Source: a virus
Reading direction: 5' to 3' (one strand)
IMG/VR virus record: IMGVR_UViG_3300042308_001371
Coordinates: 1-64,000 of that record
DNA length: 64,000 bases
The first letter of the stretch is position 1; the number at the start of each line of letters is the position of its first letter. The position numbers and the translations under genes are program-made. The notes beneath the pieces were generated by a model. The model was not told the DNA's origin, did no database searches, and saw only the letters and a list, made by a program, of their open reading frames with translations. This document shows, in pieces, positions 7,492-17,250 of this stretch.

Positions 7492-9651
7492 ATGGCTTAT
7501 TATGATAAAAATGAATATTTTGCAGCAAGTGATGATGAGACATTAGTCCTTTATTTACAAAAAAAATCAGATGCTTGGTTTAATTCTCTTATATCTACAG
7601 ATTATTTAGATAAGATTAAAAGAAGTTGGCAAGCATACTACGGCTTCTTCTATGAAGGTGGCCATGCTATTACCTTTGGTGGAGAGACTGGAGAATTAGT
7701 AAATCTACCTATGAACCATTATGGGAACATTGCAAGTCATATCCTAACTATGGTTACTGCTACTAGACCATCTTTTCAAGCAAGATCTGTTAATACTGAT
7801 GTTAGATCTCAGATTCAGACAAATCTAGCCAATGGTCTTTTAGAATATTACATGCGGGATAAAAGATTAGAGCAAGATTTAAAAAGAGCTGTTGAATATG
7901 CTATTGTCATGGGTGCGGGCTATATTAAAATGGAGTGGAACGCTACTACTGGTGAAGTGTATGACTTTATTGAGCCAGAATATAAGCCACTTGTTGACGA
8001 AAGTGGAAACATGCAATACGGTCCTGACGGAGAAGTTATATTTGAAACTGACGAAGATGGCGAAAAGGTTGAACTTAGAGCAGGAGTTCCATTATACAGC
8101 GGTGATATTATATTTAATGTTATGTCGCCTTTTGATGTAGTTTTTGATCCAACTAGATCTGATAGTAATCATGATTGGCAGTTATGTAGAAGTTTTAAAA
8201 ATAAATTTGATTTAATTGCTAAATATCCAGAATTTTCTGAAAAAATTAAAGCTTTAAAAACTAAGTCTGACTTAAATACTACTCGTATTACTATGTCAGC
8301 TTATGATGAAACTACAGATGTTCCAGTTTATGAATTTTTTCATAGACCTACAGAATCACTGCCTAAAGGTAGATATGTTCTATATCTAGACAATGATATT
8401 GTTCTTGAAGATACAGTATTGGTATATAAAAAACTTCCTGTATTTAGAATTGCTTCTAGAGATATTATCGGTACGCCTTTTAGTTATACAGCTATGTTTG
8501 ACCTATTACCAATTCAAGATGCTGTAAACTCTCTCTATTCTACTATTATGACTAACCAAAATACGTTTGGTGTTCAAAACGTATATGTAGAAAGAGGGTC
8601 TGATGTTCAGATGGAACAGATTTCAGATGGACTAAACTTTATTCAAGGTAATCCGGGATTTCAACCTCCTAAAGCTTTAAATCTAACGTCTACTCCTGCA
8701 GAAATATTTAACTTTTTAAAAATGTTAGAATCTTCAATGGAAACTATATCTGGAGTAAATTCGGTTGCTCGTGGTAATCCAGAAGCTCAGCTTACGTCAG
8801 GTAATGCTCTAGCATTAATCCAATCTCAAGCTTTACAGTTTATTTCAGGACTTCAGCAATCATATATACAATTAATTGAAGATGTTGGTACGAATGTTGT
8901 AGAACTTCTTAAAACTTTTGCAAAAACTCCTAGAGTTGCCGCAATTGCTGGTAAATCTAATGTAACTTATATGAAAGAGTTTACATCAGATGATCTTAGC
9001 TCTATTACAAGAGTTATTGTTGATGCGGGTAATGCTCTCGCTCAAACTACAGCTGGAAGAGTAGAAATGGCATCTCAAATGATGCAAATGAGTATTATTA
9101 CTACTCCTGAGCAGTATATATCTGTTATTAATACAGGTAAATTAGAAACTATGACAGAAGGTCAGAACAAGGAGTTATTGCTTGTCAGAGCTGAAAGAGA
9201 ACGCCTTGTGGACGGTACAACTCCCGTGGTGGCTGTACTTACTGATTCTCACTCATTGCATATTAGAGAGCATAAGGCTGTTCTCGCAGATCCTGATTTA
9301 CGTATGGATGCGCAGCTTGTTCAACGAACACTTGCCCATATCCAAGAGCACATTGATATCTTATCTGATCCTAATGTTGCTAATATTCTTACTTTGTTAG
9401 GCGAAACACCTTTAGGGCCAATTGGCGGGGGTATTCCTTCTCCGCAAGCTGCAGCTCCTCAACAGCCTAATCAGCAAGGTCAAGAACAAATTCCTCCATT
9501 ATTAGAAAATCCAGAAGCACAGTCTGTTGCTGTACAACAAAATATGGGACCACTACCTAGTCCAGCACAACCAGCTGGAGTAGCTCAGGGTATATTACCT
9601 GCACAACCAACCACGCCAGAACAACTGGCTATAAATAACTTAGGAGTATAG
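7492..9651 (+). CDS. Portal protein
   Basis: 719 aa directly after TerL; P22-like portal features (METISGVNSVARG, QDAVNSLYS); Pro/Gln-rich tail. Confidence 0.88.
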   Translation: MAYYDKNEYFAASDDETLVLYLQKKSDAWFNSLISTDYLDKIKRSWQAYYGFFYEGGHAITFGGETGELVNLPMNHYGNIASHILTMVTATRPSFQARSVNTDVRSQIQTNLANGLLEYYMRDKRLEQDLKRAVEYAIVMGAGYIKMEWNATTGEVYDFIEPEYKPLVDESGNMQYGPDGEVIFETDEDGEKVELRAGVPLYSGDIIFNVMSPFDVVFDPTRSDSNHDWQLCRSFKNKFDLIAKYPEFSEKIKALKTKSDLNTTRITMSAYDETTDVPVYEFFHRPTESLPKGRYVLYLDNDIVLEDTVLVYKKLPVFRIASRDIIGTPFSYTAMFDLLPIQDAVNSLYSTIMTNQNTFGVQNVYVERGSDVQMEQISDGLNFIQGNPGFQPPKALNLTSTPAEIFNFLKMLESSMETISGVNSVARGNPEAQLTSGNALALIQSQALQFISGLQQSYIQLIEDVGTNVVELLKTFAKTPRVAAIAGKSNVTYMKEFTSDDLSSITRVIVDAGNALAQTTAGRVEMASQMMQMSIITTPEQYISVINTGKLETMTEGQNKELLLVRAERERLVDGTTPVVAVLTDSHSLHIREHKAVLADPDLRMDAQLVQRTLAHIQEHIDILSDPNVANILTLLGETPLGPIGGGIPSPQAAAPQQPNQQGQEQIPPLLENPEAQSVAVQQNMGPLPSPAQPAGVAQGILPAQPTTPEQLAINNLGV

Positions 9652-9652
9652 T

Positions 9653-9700
9653 ATGGCTAAATGTGGATCAAAAAAAGGTAAAGGCAAGAAAGGTAAGTAG
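9653..9700 (+). CDS. 15-aa Lys/Gly-rich micropeptide MAKCGSKKGKGKKGK
   Basis: AGGAG 6 nt before ATG; fits exactly between portal stop and next ATG. Confidence 0.55.
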   Translation: MAKCGSKKGKGKKGK

Positions 9701-9701
9701 T

Positions 9702-10208
9702 ATGCCAGCTAGGAATGATCTTGGTCATAAAGATTGTCTAGAATGTGGCAACCTTATTATTCATAAGATTAAAAGAGATATAGAACGTAAAAAATTCTGT
9801 TCTAGAGCGTGTTTGGGTATGTTTACAGTAAAACATAAACTATCTAAAGATCACATGAGTAAAATGTGGGTTTTAGGATGTAGTCCAGAAGCTAATGTTA
9901 AAAAGGGACATAAGGGAGAAAGCCATCCTCAGTATAAAAAGGATAGAAGCCAAGTTAAGAGTAAACGGTCTAGATATGAAAATACTGTTTGGACTAGAAG
10001 TATTTTTGAAAGAGATAATTTTACTTGTCAGGATTGTAGACAACGTGGTGGAAGATTACAAGCCGATCACATAAAACCATACTGCATTTGCTCTGAAGAT
10101 GAGAAGTGGAATTTAGAAAATGGAAGAACTTTATGTGAACCTTGTCATAAGAAGACAGATACTTATGGAATTAAAATGGTACATAAATTAAGAAAGGAAA
10201 AAGAATAA
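9702..10208 (+). CDS. HNH endonuclease
   Basis: RDNFTCQDC...LQADHIKP...NGRTLCEPCH; N-terminal CLEC/FCSRAC zinc motif. Confidence 0.9.
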   Translation: MPARNDLGHKDCLECGNLIIHKIKRDIERKKFCSRACLGMFTVKHKLSKDHMSKMWVLGCSPEANVKKGHKGESHPQYKKDRSQVKSKRSRYENTVWTRSIFERDNFTCQDCRQRGGRLQADHIKPYCICSEDEKWNLENGRTLCEPCHKKTDTYGIKMVHKLRKEKE

Positions 10209-10381
10209 TGAGTGCTAAGTCAAAAGCTCAGTTCCGATTTATGAAAGCGGCTGAGAACAATCCTGACTTTGCTAAAAAAGTGGGAATTGAATCAGAGGTA
10301 GCTAAGGAATTTACCAAGGGTAATGTGGGCAAAAAACGCTTTGCTAAACTTAAGGAGAAAGTAAGTGGAAAAAAAAAGTAA
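10208..10381 (+). CDS. 57-aa basic phage protein absent from ORF track
   Basis: Hand translation MSAKSKAQFRFMKAAENNPDFAKKVGIESEVAKEFTKGNVGKKRFAKLKEKVSGKKK*; resembles a common small phage family; TAATG coupling. Confidence 0.8.
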   Translation: MSAKSKAQFRFMKAAENNPDFAKKVGIESEVAKEFTKGNVGKKRFAKLKEKVSGKKK

Positions 10382-10559
10382 AAAAAATTTAGAAGATTAC
10401 TATACAGAGGATCTTTTACAAAATCCCTATAAAGAAACTACAATTTCTGATATGGCTGAAGCGCAAGATCCAGAAGCTATGAGTCGTGCAGTGCAAAAAC
10501 AAAAAAAGCAAAAATCTTATTTTGAGAGACTTAAAAGTAAACTTGATAAGGGTATGTAG
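10365..10559 (+). CDS. Small charged hypothetical protein
   Basis: AAGGAG before GTG. Confidence 0.65.
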   Translation: MEKKSKKNLEDYYTEDLLQNPYKETTISDMAEAQDPEAMSRAVQKQKKQKSYFERLKSKLDKGM

Positions 10560-10562
10560 TGT

Positions 10563-10769
10563 ATGAGTGAAGCTAATAAAAAAGCAAGAAGACCTCCCGG
10601 GTACAAGCCATTCTGGGAAGGCGACGAAGAAGAAGATACAGCAGAAGAAGCCCCTACTTCTAGCTACAACTGGGATAGGCTTAAGAAGCGAATCATTGGT
10701 GAAAAGACTGCTGCAGAAGTAGCCACAGAAGAAGCTGAGAAAATGAAAAAGAAAAAGGAAGGCTACTAG
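10563..10769 (+). CDS. Small charged hypothetical protein
   Basis: 68 aa in head operon. Confidence 0.65.
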   Translation: MSEANKKARRPPGYKPFWEGDEEEDTAEEAPTSSYNWDRLKKRIIGEKTAAEVATEEAEKMKKKKEGY

Positions 10770-10770
10770 T

Positions 10771-11037
10771 ATGGATAAAATGGGAAAACTATTAGAATCT
10801 ATTAAGAAAAAAAACAAAGATGATTATCTTGATGATGAGGACTTTGATAAGGGATTTAATAAAGAATCTACATATAATAGCAGAGACGAGGGTTTTGAAA
10901 AAGAATCTCCTTATGCTGGCAGGGACGAGGGTTTTGAAAACAAAAAAGATGCTAAACAAAGGATTGAGGATCAGTTATATGGCGTATCTAAAAAAGATGC
11001 AAAAAAAGAAGCACTAAAGAAGTTGAGAGGCTTCTAA
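10771..11037 (+). CDS. Small charged protein with 13-aa internal repeats
   Basis: DKGFNKESTYNSR / DEGFEKESPYAGR / DEGFENK. Confidence 0.7.
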   Translation: MDKMGKLLESIKKKNKDDYLDDEDFDKGFNKESTYNSRDEGFEKESPYAGRDEGFENKKDAKQRIEDQLYGVSKKDAKKEALKKLRGF

Positions 11038-11115
11038 ACCTTTATAAAATTTATAAGACTTATCCCACTAACGGGACAGTCACTCCGGCTCATACAAACA
11101 GCCAAAGGAAAAGTT

Positions 11116-12069
11116 ATGTCAGAAGAAAATTTGTCTCCAGAATCAGCAGAAGCCCAAACAGACGAAACTCTATCTCAAGAAACTCAAGAGGGTGAAGAGT
11201 CCGGACAAGAAGGTCAATTACAAGATGTGGTAGAAACAGCTCTTGCTAATGGTGCTTCTGAGAAAGAAGTTAAGAGCTTAATCAGAGAATACCAACTCAA
11301 AGTAAATGGTAAAACTATTTCTAAAAAAATTGATTTAGCTGATGAAAACAATCTCCGAAATGAACTACAACTTGCTGCTGCTGCTCGTCAATCTATGCAG
11401 GAATCTGCTAATCTTAAAAAACTATATGAAAGGGAAGTAGGTCGTCTTAAGTCTGATCCTTGGGCTGTTTTACAAGAGCTTGGAATTGACGCAGATGAAA
11501 TGGCTGAGCTTCGTATTCAGCAGCGTATTGAGGAAATGAAGAAATCTCCTGAGCAATTAGAAAGAGAAAAGATCCAAATTGAATTACAGGCTGCTCGTGA
11601 AGAAGCTCGTAAGCTTAAAGAGGAAAGAGATACTGATCAGTTTGAAAAACTTAAAGAACAAGCTGCTGTACAAATTGAATCTGAAATTGAACATGCTTTA
11701 GATGCTCATAAAACTCTTCCTAAATCTCGTCATATTGTTAAGCGTATCGCAGACTCTATGCTATGGGCTATGAATAATGGCTTTGATGATGTTAGTGCTG
11801 AAGATGTCATGCCTCTTGTTGAAAAAGAATGGCGCGATGAAATGAGTCGTCTTATGGATGATTCTCCAGAAGATGTACTTGAGCAATTAATTGGTCAGCG
11901 AAATCTAGAAAGAATGAGAGCCAAGAGACTTAATGTTATGAATACTTCTAATGCTAAGAATGCGAATTCTATCAAATCTACAGCTTCTTCTATCCAAAAA
12001 AAGGAAGAGCCAAGAGGTGAAAAGATCAAGCAACGTGATTTTTTCAAGGCACTAGGTAGATCTAAATAA
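11116..12069 (+). CDS. Capsid scaffolding protein
   Basis: Acidic N-terminus, LKVNGK motif, long coiled coil, basic C-terminus, directly upstream of capsid gene. Confidence 0.8.
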   Translation: MSEENLSPESAEAQTDETLSQETQEGEESGQEGQLQDVVETALANGASEKEVKSLIREYQLKVNGKTISKKIDLADENNLRNELQLAAAARQSMQESANLKKLYEREVGRLKSDPWAVLQELGIDADEMAELRIQQRIEEMKKSPEQLEREKIQIELQAAREEARKLKEERDTDQFEKLKEQAAVQIESEIEHALDAHKTLPKSRHIVKRIADSMLWAMNNGFDDVSAEDVMPLVEKEWRDEMSRLMDDSPEDVLEQLIGQRNLERMRAKRLNVMNTSNAKNANSIKSTASSIQKKEEPRGEKIKQRDFFKALGRSK

Positions 12070-12107
12070 TTGAAATTATTAGGTGCTATAACCATATGAT
12101 ATTATAG

Positions 12108-12117
12108 CACCCTTATA
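12108..12117 (+). promoter_or_regulatory. Putative late promoter motif CACCCTTATA (capsid gene)
   Basis: Intergenic; overlaps inverted repeat 12082-12111. Confidence 0.7.
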
Positions 12118-12243
12118 CAATAGCTGGTGTATTTAGTACAGACGATGCCTCCAAATATCTAAGGACTTTGGACAAGCTAGTTAGGAAGAATATAACTTAG
12201 TTATAAACAACTTAACAAAACTTATAGAAACAAGGAAAATTAA

Positions 12244-13500
12244 ATGGCTATTGCAAACACCGTCTCCACACTTGACGGACACTTTAAAGAAGTTTACGCT
12301 TCAAAAATCAGAGATCTAGTTCCAGAAGGTATGAAAATGCTTAAGCTTGCTGAATTCTCAGCTGCTGAAAAACTTCTAGGTAATCTATATCATCAACCAG
12401 TTGTTCTTGGTCTAGAGCACGGTTTCACTTATGGTGGATCTGCTGGTGATGCTTTCATTCTTAACGCAGCTGTAGCTTCTCCAAATAGAGATGCTCAAGT
12501 TAAGGGTCATGAACTAGTTCTAGTATCAGCTATTTCAGTTGGTGCTGCTTCTCGTTCAGTATCTTCTAAAGCTGCTTTCGAGCAAGAAACTAAACGTCTT
12601 GTTCAGAACATGCTTAAATCAACTCAAATCCGTATGGAAGTTCAACTTATGTACGGTCAGTCTGGTATTGCTAAAGTTGCAATCGTTGCTGGCAATATTC
12701 TTACTATCTGTGGTTCTGAATGGGCTGCAGGTATTTGGTCAGGTTCTAAAAATGCTGTTCTAGAAATTCGCTCTCAAGGTGGAACTCTTCGCGGTGTTTG
12801 TAACGTAGTTAAACCAAACCTTAAAGACCAAACTGTTGAAGTTGACGTTATGCCAGCCCTCGTTTCTGGTAATCCAGATTCTGAAAATGCAGCTGCTGAT
12901 ATTGTATATTTCAGAGGTTCGTATAATAAAGAATTTGCTGGTCTTCATAAAATTATTACTAATGATACTACTATCTTTAACATTGATGCTGGTGAATTCG
13001 ATCTTTTCAAAGGTAACGTAGTTAATTGCGGAACTTCTGAAGCTGCAAAAGAATTTATTTCTTTTGAGAAAGTTGAACAAGCTATTGCTCTTTGTATGGA
13101 AAAAGGTCTTACAGAAGAAGATGTTGTTTGTTTAGTAAATCCTAAACATTGGAACAAGTTGATGACTGAGCAAGCTGCTAAGCGTCAATACGACACTTCT
13201 TATTCTTCTGAAAAAATGGAGAATGGTTCTAAGTCTCTAGTTTTCTACGGTCAGAATGGTAAAATTGAAATCCACGCTTCACTTTTTGTGAAAGAAGGTT
13301 TCGCTTATATCTTCCCTCCTGCTGAACTTGAGCGTATCGGTTCTTCTGATATTACTTTTGAACGTCCGGGATTTCCGGGTAAATTTTTCCGTGAAATGGA
13401 ATCTGCTAACGGTTATGAGCTTCGTGCTTATTCTGATCAAGCTCTCTTCACTTCAGCTCCGGGTAAAATGGCTGTTCTTAAGTATATTAAGACTGCTTAA
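12244..13500 (+). CDS. Major capsid protein
   Basis: 418 aa after scaffold; strongly biased codons (GCT, CGT, CTT); followed by strong terminator. Confidence 0.85.
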   Translation: MAIANTVSTLDGHFKEVYASKIRDLVPEGMKMLKLAEFSAAEKLLGNLYHQPVVLGLEHGFTYGGSAGDAFILNAAVASPNRDAQVKGHELVLVSAISVGAASRSVSSKAAFEQETKRLVQNMLKSTQIRMEVQLMYGQSGIAKVAIVAGNILTICGSEWAAGIWSGSKNAVLEIRSQGGTLRGVCNVVKPNLKDQTVEVDVMPALVSGNPDSENAAADIVYFRGSYNKEFAGLHKIITNDTTIFNIDAGEFDLFKGNVVNCGTSEAAKEFISFEKVEQAIALCMEKGLTEEDVVCLVNPKHWNKLMTEQAAKRQYDTSYSSEKMENGSKSLVFYGQNGKIEIHASLFVKEGFAYIFPPAELERIGSSDITFERPGFPGKFFREMESANGYELRAYSDQALFTSAPGKMAVLKYIKTA

Positions 13501-13524
13501 TTTTAAAATCTTATTCAAGAGAAG

Positions 13525-13553
13525 AGGACTCCTTTCTGGAGTCCTTTTTTTTT
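13525..13553 (+). terminator. Rho-independent terminator
   Basis: AGGACTCC-TTTCT-GGAGTCCT followed by T-run. Confidence 0.9.
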
Positions 13554-13722
13554 GGAAAACCTCCTAACAAGAAAGGGAGGAAAAACTTGTTAGGAGGATG
13601 ATTAGATTGAGGCTAATAGATTGTGGCCTCTTAATAAGAGTATTAGATATTTAACTAAAAGTCAACAAATATTTTCCAAATAAAATCAGTATCTTAGTTA
13701 CCAATTCAATAGCCATATAAAA

Positions 13723-13732
13723 CACCCTTATA
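13723..13732 (+). promoter_or_regulatory. Putative late promoter motif CACCCTTATA
   Basis: Intergenic. Confidence 0.7.
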
Positions 13733-13760
13733 TTACAGATGCTTTTCAAAGAGGATACTA

Positions 13761-14231
13761 ATGCCTAAATTATTAACCGTGGGAACTGAAGAATTTGAAT
13801 TCCCTTTAGAAGGGGAAAATCCCGGTTATGGCTCTGAAATTACAGATTGGGCTGTTGCTGTCACAACTGCTCTTGAAACTGTACAGAAGCCAAATGATAT
13901 ACCAACAAGAACTGAATCCATATTAAATAATAGATCAACTCTAACTCCAATCTCTGGATTTAATTTTAATACTTCAGAAGTTATTTCTATAGAATGTAAA
14001 TATTTTATACAAAGATCTAGCTCTACTACTTCAATTATAGCTGAATCAGGATTTATTGAAGGTTACTATGATGGCAATGATTGGGGAATAAGTAGAAGAA
14101 CGACTGGAGATTCTGGTGTATTGGAAATATCTATTACGTCAACAGGACAAATACAATATAAAAGTTCTGATATAGGATCTGTTTCTTATATAGGTACTAT
14201 AACTTTTGAAGCTAAAGTGATAAATAAATAG
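13761..14231 (+). CDS. Virion structural protein sharing a domain with the C-terminus of 18504..24011
   Basis: DWGI...GDSG...SITSTGQIQYKS vs DWDI...GDISG...SITTSGQIQYTS. Confidence 0.7.
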   Translation: MPKLLTVGTEEFEFPLEGENPGYGSEITDWAVAVTTALETVQKPNDIPTRTESILNNRSTLTPISGFNFNTSEVISIECKYFIQRSSSTTSIIAESGFIEGYYDGNDWGISRRTTGDSGVLEISITSTGQIQYKSSDIGSVSYIGTITFEAKVINK

Positions 14232-14241
14232 GAGTTCTATA

Positions 14242-16593
14242 ATGGCACTTAAAAAGACACGTTTTATTAAAGGAATTATTTTAGCTCCAGATGATGTTGC
14301 TATTGAGAGTATCAATGGAGAGTTAAAAGTTGACTCTGCTGATGGCTATAAAATTAAGGCGTACTTAGACGGTGCTTCTAGAGAGATTATTACAAACTCT
14401 CAATCTCAAGTTCTTACAAATAAAACTCTAACTTCTCCAGTTATCAACACTGGGGTAAGTGGAACAGCAATATCTTTAGATGGAACTCTAACTGCTAACT
14501 CTGATACTCTATTATCTTCTCAAAAAGCTATTAAAACATACGTAGATGCTCAAATAGGTCAAAAAGATCAGGCCAATGAAATTTTAACAAACCCTTCTAT
14601 TAGTGGAACGGTTGGAGAAACTGTTCAAGTCGTGTTACAAGAGCATGAGGATAGGCTAGATGACCTAGTAACTCTATCTGGAGTTGCCGCTAATGCAGAG
14701 AACCTTGGAACTTTTACTGGAACAACAATTCCTGATAATTCTACAGTTAAGGGTGCTCTACAATCAATTGAAACAACTTATGAATATGGAATTTCTAATA
14801 TTGAAGTTTCTAATTTAAAATCAGGAGTACTTAATACAAGTACGACTCTAGCCTCTGCATCTGATTTACAAGTTCCATCTGCTCTTGCAGTAAAAAGTTA
14901 TGTAGATTCTTCTGTAACTCCCGATGCAACTACCTTAATAAAAGGTAAGATTAAATTAGCAGGAGATCTTGCAGGTACAGCAGATCTTCCAACAGTTCCC
15001 TCACTGTCTTTGAAAGCTCCACTAGCTTCTCCTACATTTACAGGAATTCCGAAAGCACCGACCGCAACAACTGGAGATGATTCCACTCAAATTGCGACAA
15101 CTGCATTTGTGACCAATGCAGTACTAGGGGCAGGAGGAGGAGGAGGAGGATCTTCTGACTACCTTATAGATGAGATGATTTCCAAAACATCTACTGACAC
15201 AAGTGCTTTAAATCTTATTTATAAAAGAGTAAGAGAAGCGACTAGTTTAACTTCATTTAATTCATTAATGGTGAACGAAGGAACTCCTACATCTGGAAAT
15301 CTAACAATTGATATAAAAGTTGGAGCAGTTCCATATACGTTATCGGCAAGGTTTAATGGAACAATTAATAGCATGGCGGTACAAGCAGATGGCAAAGTAA
15401 TACTTGTAGGAGCTTTTACTTCATATAGCGCAAAATCGGTCGGTAGAAATATTATACGGTTAAATACAGATGGTACAGTAGATCCTACATTTGTAGTAGG
15501 TACTGGATTCAATGTTGGATCAGTTGTTAACGTAGTTAAAATTCTTTCGGATGGTTCAGTCTTGGTTGGAGGTGCTTTTAGTAGTTATAATGGAGCAACT
15601 CTTCGTGGACTTTGTAAATTAAGTAGCTTGGGTATATTAGATACTGCATTTACATCAGGAACAAGAGGACTACTTACCGGAGCTGGAGAAATTAAGGATA
15701 TTCAGGTAAGATCAAGCGGTAAAATAATTTTATTAGGTGGTTTTACAACAAGTGGATACCCCGTTACAGCAAAGGGATTAATACAGTTAAATACAGACGG
15801 TTCTTACGATTCTTCTTTTGAAGCAGGAAATTTATATACTTTTTCATATACATTCTTTCAAGGATTATTATTAAGTGATGATAGTTTATTTCTAGTTGGA
15901 TATGTAGGTGAATACGATTTACTATCTGGTGCTGCATATTCAGCACCCGGTATTATAAAGTTAACCCCGAGTGGGACACAAGATCCTACATTTACAACAC
16001 CGGGAGCACCATCTACTAATGTTAATACTATAGCCCTACATCAAGGTGACATTGTTCTAGGAGGTGCTTTTAGTACAGTAGCCTTTGGGGGAGGACTATC
16101 AGCTTCAAGAATTGTGAAACTTAATTCAACTACGGGAGCCGTAATTGGTCCTACTACATTTTCCCCACCTACAGGATTAACAGAAATACTAGAAATTATA
16201 GTTGACACAGATGATACGATATTCTTAGCTCCACTTAGTGCAAGTATGCTTAAACTAAATGCTGATGGAACAAGTAATGCTACGTTTACTAGTACACTTG
16301 CAACTGTAAAATCTTTTGCATTTGCATCCAATGGGAACTTGCTCGTTGGTGGAGCATTTACTACGAATAATACAAGGATACTACCAAGCACGGGGGCTTT
16401 TGATATTACTTATGATACTATGATTTCAATATTCGATGCTCCTCCAAGTTTTAACTTTGCATCACTTGCAAATGGGGATATCCTAAATGGAACAATAGTA
16501 AGGGATTATATCCCAGCTGGATACTATGTTAAAGTTGATATCACAGCAGTACCCGCAACATATATAGGAAGCTTTTACATAACATTGTATTAA
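14242..16593 (+). CDS. Tail/head fibre with delta-60 (DUF5122-type) beta-propeller repeats
   Basis: Fibre motifs LTNKTLTSP, SPTFTGIPKAPT...STQIATTAFV; repeats QADGKVILVGAF...RLNTDGTVDPTF. Confidence 0.8.
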   Translation: MALKKTRFIKGIILAPDDVAIESINGELKVDSADGYKIKAYLDGASREIITNSQSQVLTNKTLTSPVINTGVSGTAISLDGTLTANSDTLLSSQKAIKTYVDAQIGQKDQANEILTNPSISGTVGETVQVVLQEHEDRLDDLVTLSGVAANAENLGTFTGTTIPDNSTVKGALQSIETTYEYGISNIEVSNLKSGVLNTSTTLASASDLQVPSALAVKSYVDSSVTPDATTLIKGKIKLAGDLAGTADLPTVPSLSLKAPLASPTFTGIPKAPTATTGDDSTQIATTAFVTNAVLGAGGGGGGSSDYLIDEMISKTSTDTSALNLIYKRVREATSLTSFNSLMVNEGTPTSGNLTIDIKVGAVPYTLSARFNGTINSMAVQADGKVILVGAFTSYSAKSVGRNIIRLNTDGTVDPTFVVGTGFNVGSVVNVVKILSDGSVLVGGAFSSYNGATLRGLCKLSSLGILDTAFTSGTRGLLTGAGEIKDIQVRSSGKIILLGGFTTSGYPVTAKGLIQLNTDGSYDSSFEAGNLYTFSYTFFQGLLLSDDSLFLVGYVGEYDLLSGAAYSAPGIIKLTPSGTQDPTFTTPGAPSTNVNTIALHQGDIVLGGAFSTVAFGGGLSASRIVKLNSTTGAVIGPTTFSPPTGLTEILEIIVDTDDTIFLAPLSASMLKLNADGTSNATFTSTLATVKSFAFASNGNLLVGGAFTTNNTRILPSTGAFDITYDTMISIFDAPPSFNFASLANGDILNGTIVRDYIPAGYYVKVDITAVPATYIGSFYITLY

Positions 16594-16608
16594 GAAGGAG
16601 ATATTTTT

Positions 16609-17250
16609 ATGACTACATATATTGGTTTAGATCCTTATACTAAACTAGTTGCCGCTGGGGCTTTAAAAAGTGTAACTACATTTACAACATCAGGCACCTA
16701 TACTCCTGCAACTGGCGTAACTAAAATTTTAGTTCACGTTGTCGGAGGCGGTGGAGGTGGAGGAGTGGCAGGAGGATTAGCAGCTGGTGCTGGAGGCGGT
16801 GCTGGGGGATATAATAGCAGTCTTCTTGCTGTTACAGCGGGAACTGGATACGCTGTTGTAGTTGGGACAGGAGGAGCATCCGCTACGGCAGGATTTGCTT
16901 CATCTTTCACTGGAGTGGTTACGGTAACTGCAGGAGGTGGAGGCGCAGGAGCAAGTAATACTGTAAATGGATCAGGAGGCAATGGCGGTACAGCGGGTAG
17001 CCCTGCAGGAACTATTATATCTATTGCAGGTGGAGCTGGGGATTCTCCCTTTTCAACTACAAGGTCTGGAATGGGGGGAGATAGTGCCTTCTTAAACGGA
17101 GGCGGTAGATCAAAAGCAGTAGCTGGAACTGGAAGTGTAGGAACTGCAAATACTGGTGGAGGAGGAAGCGGTGGGCATACTTCCGCAAATGCTGGCGGTG
17201 CTGGCGGTGCTGGTATTGTAATTATTTATGAATATGGTATTGTCCCTTAA
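16609..17250 (+). CDS. Glycine-rich tail-associated protein
   Basis: FTTSGTYT...VVGGGGGGG...GGAGGAGIVIIYEY pattern. Confidence 0.8.
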   Translation: MTTYIGLDPYTKLVAAGALKSVTTFTTSGTYTPATGVTKILVHVVGGGGGGGVAGGLAAGAGGGAGGYNSSLLAVTAGTGYAVVVGTGGASATAGFASSFTGVVTVTAGGGGAGASNTVNGSGGNGGTAGSPAGTIISIAGGAGDSPFSTTRSGMGGDSAFLNGGGRSKAVAGTGSVGTANTGGGGSGGHTSANAGGAGGAGIVIIYEYGIVP

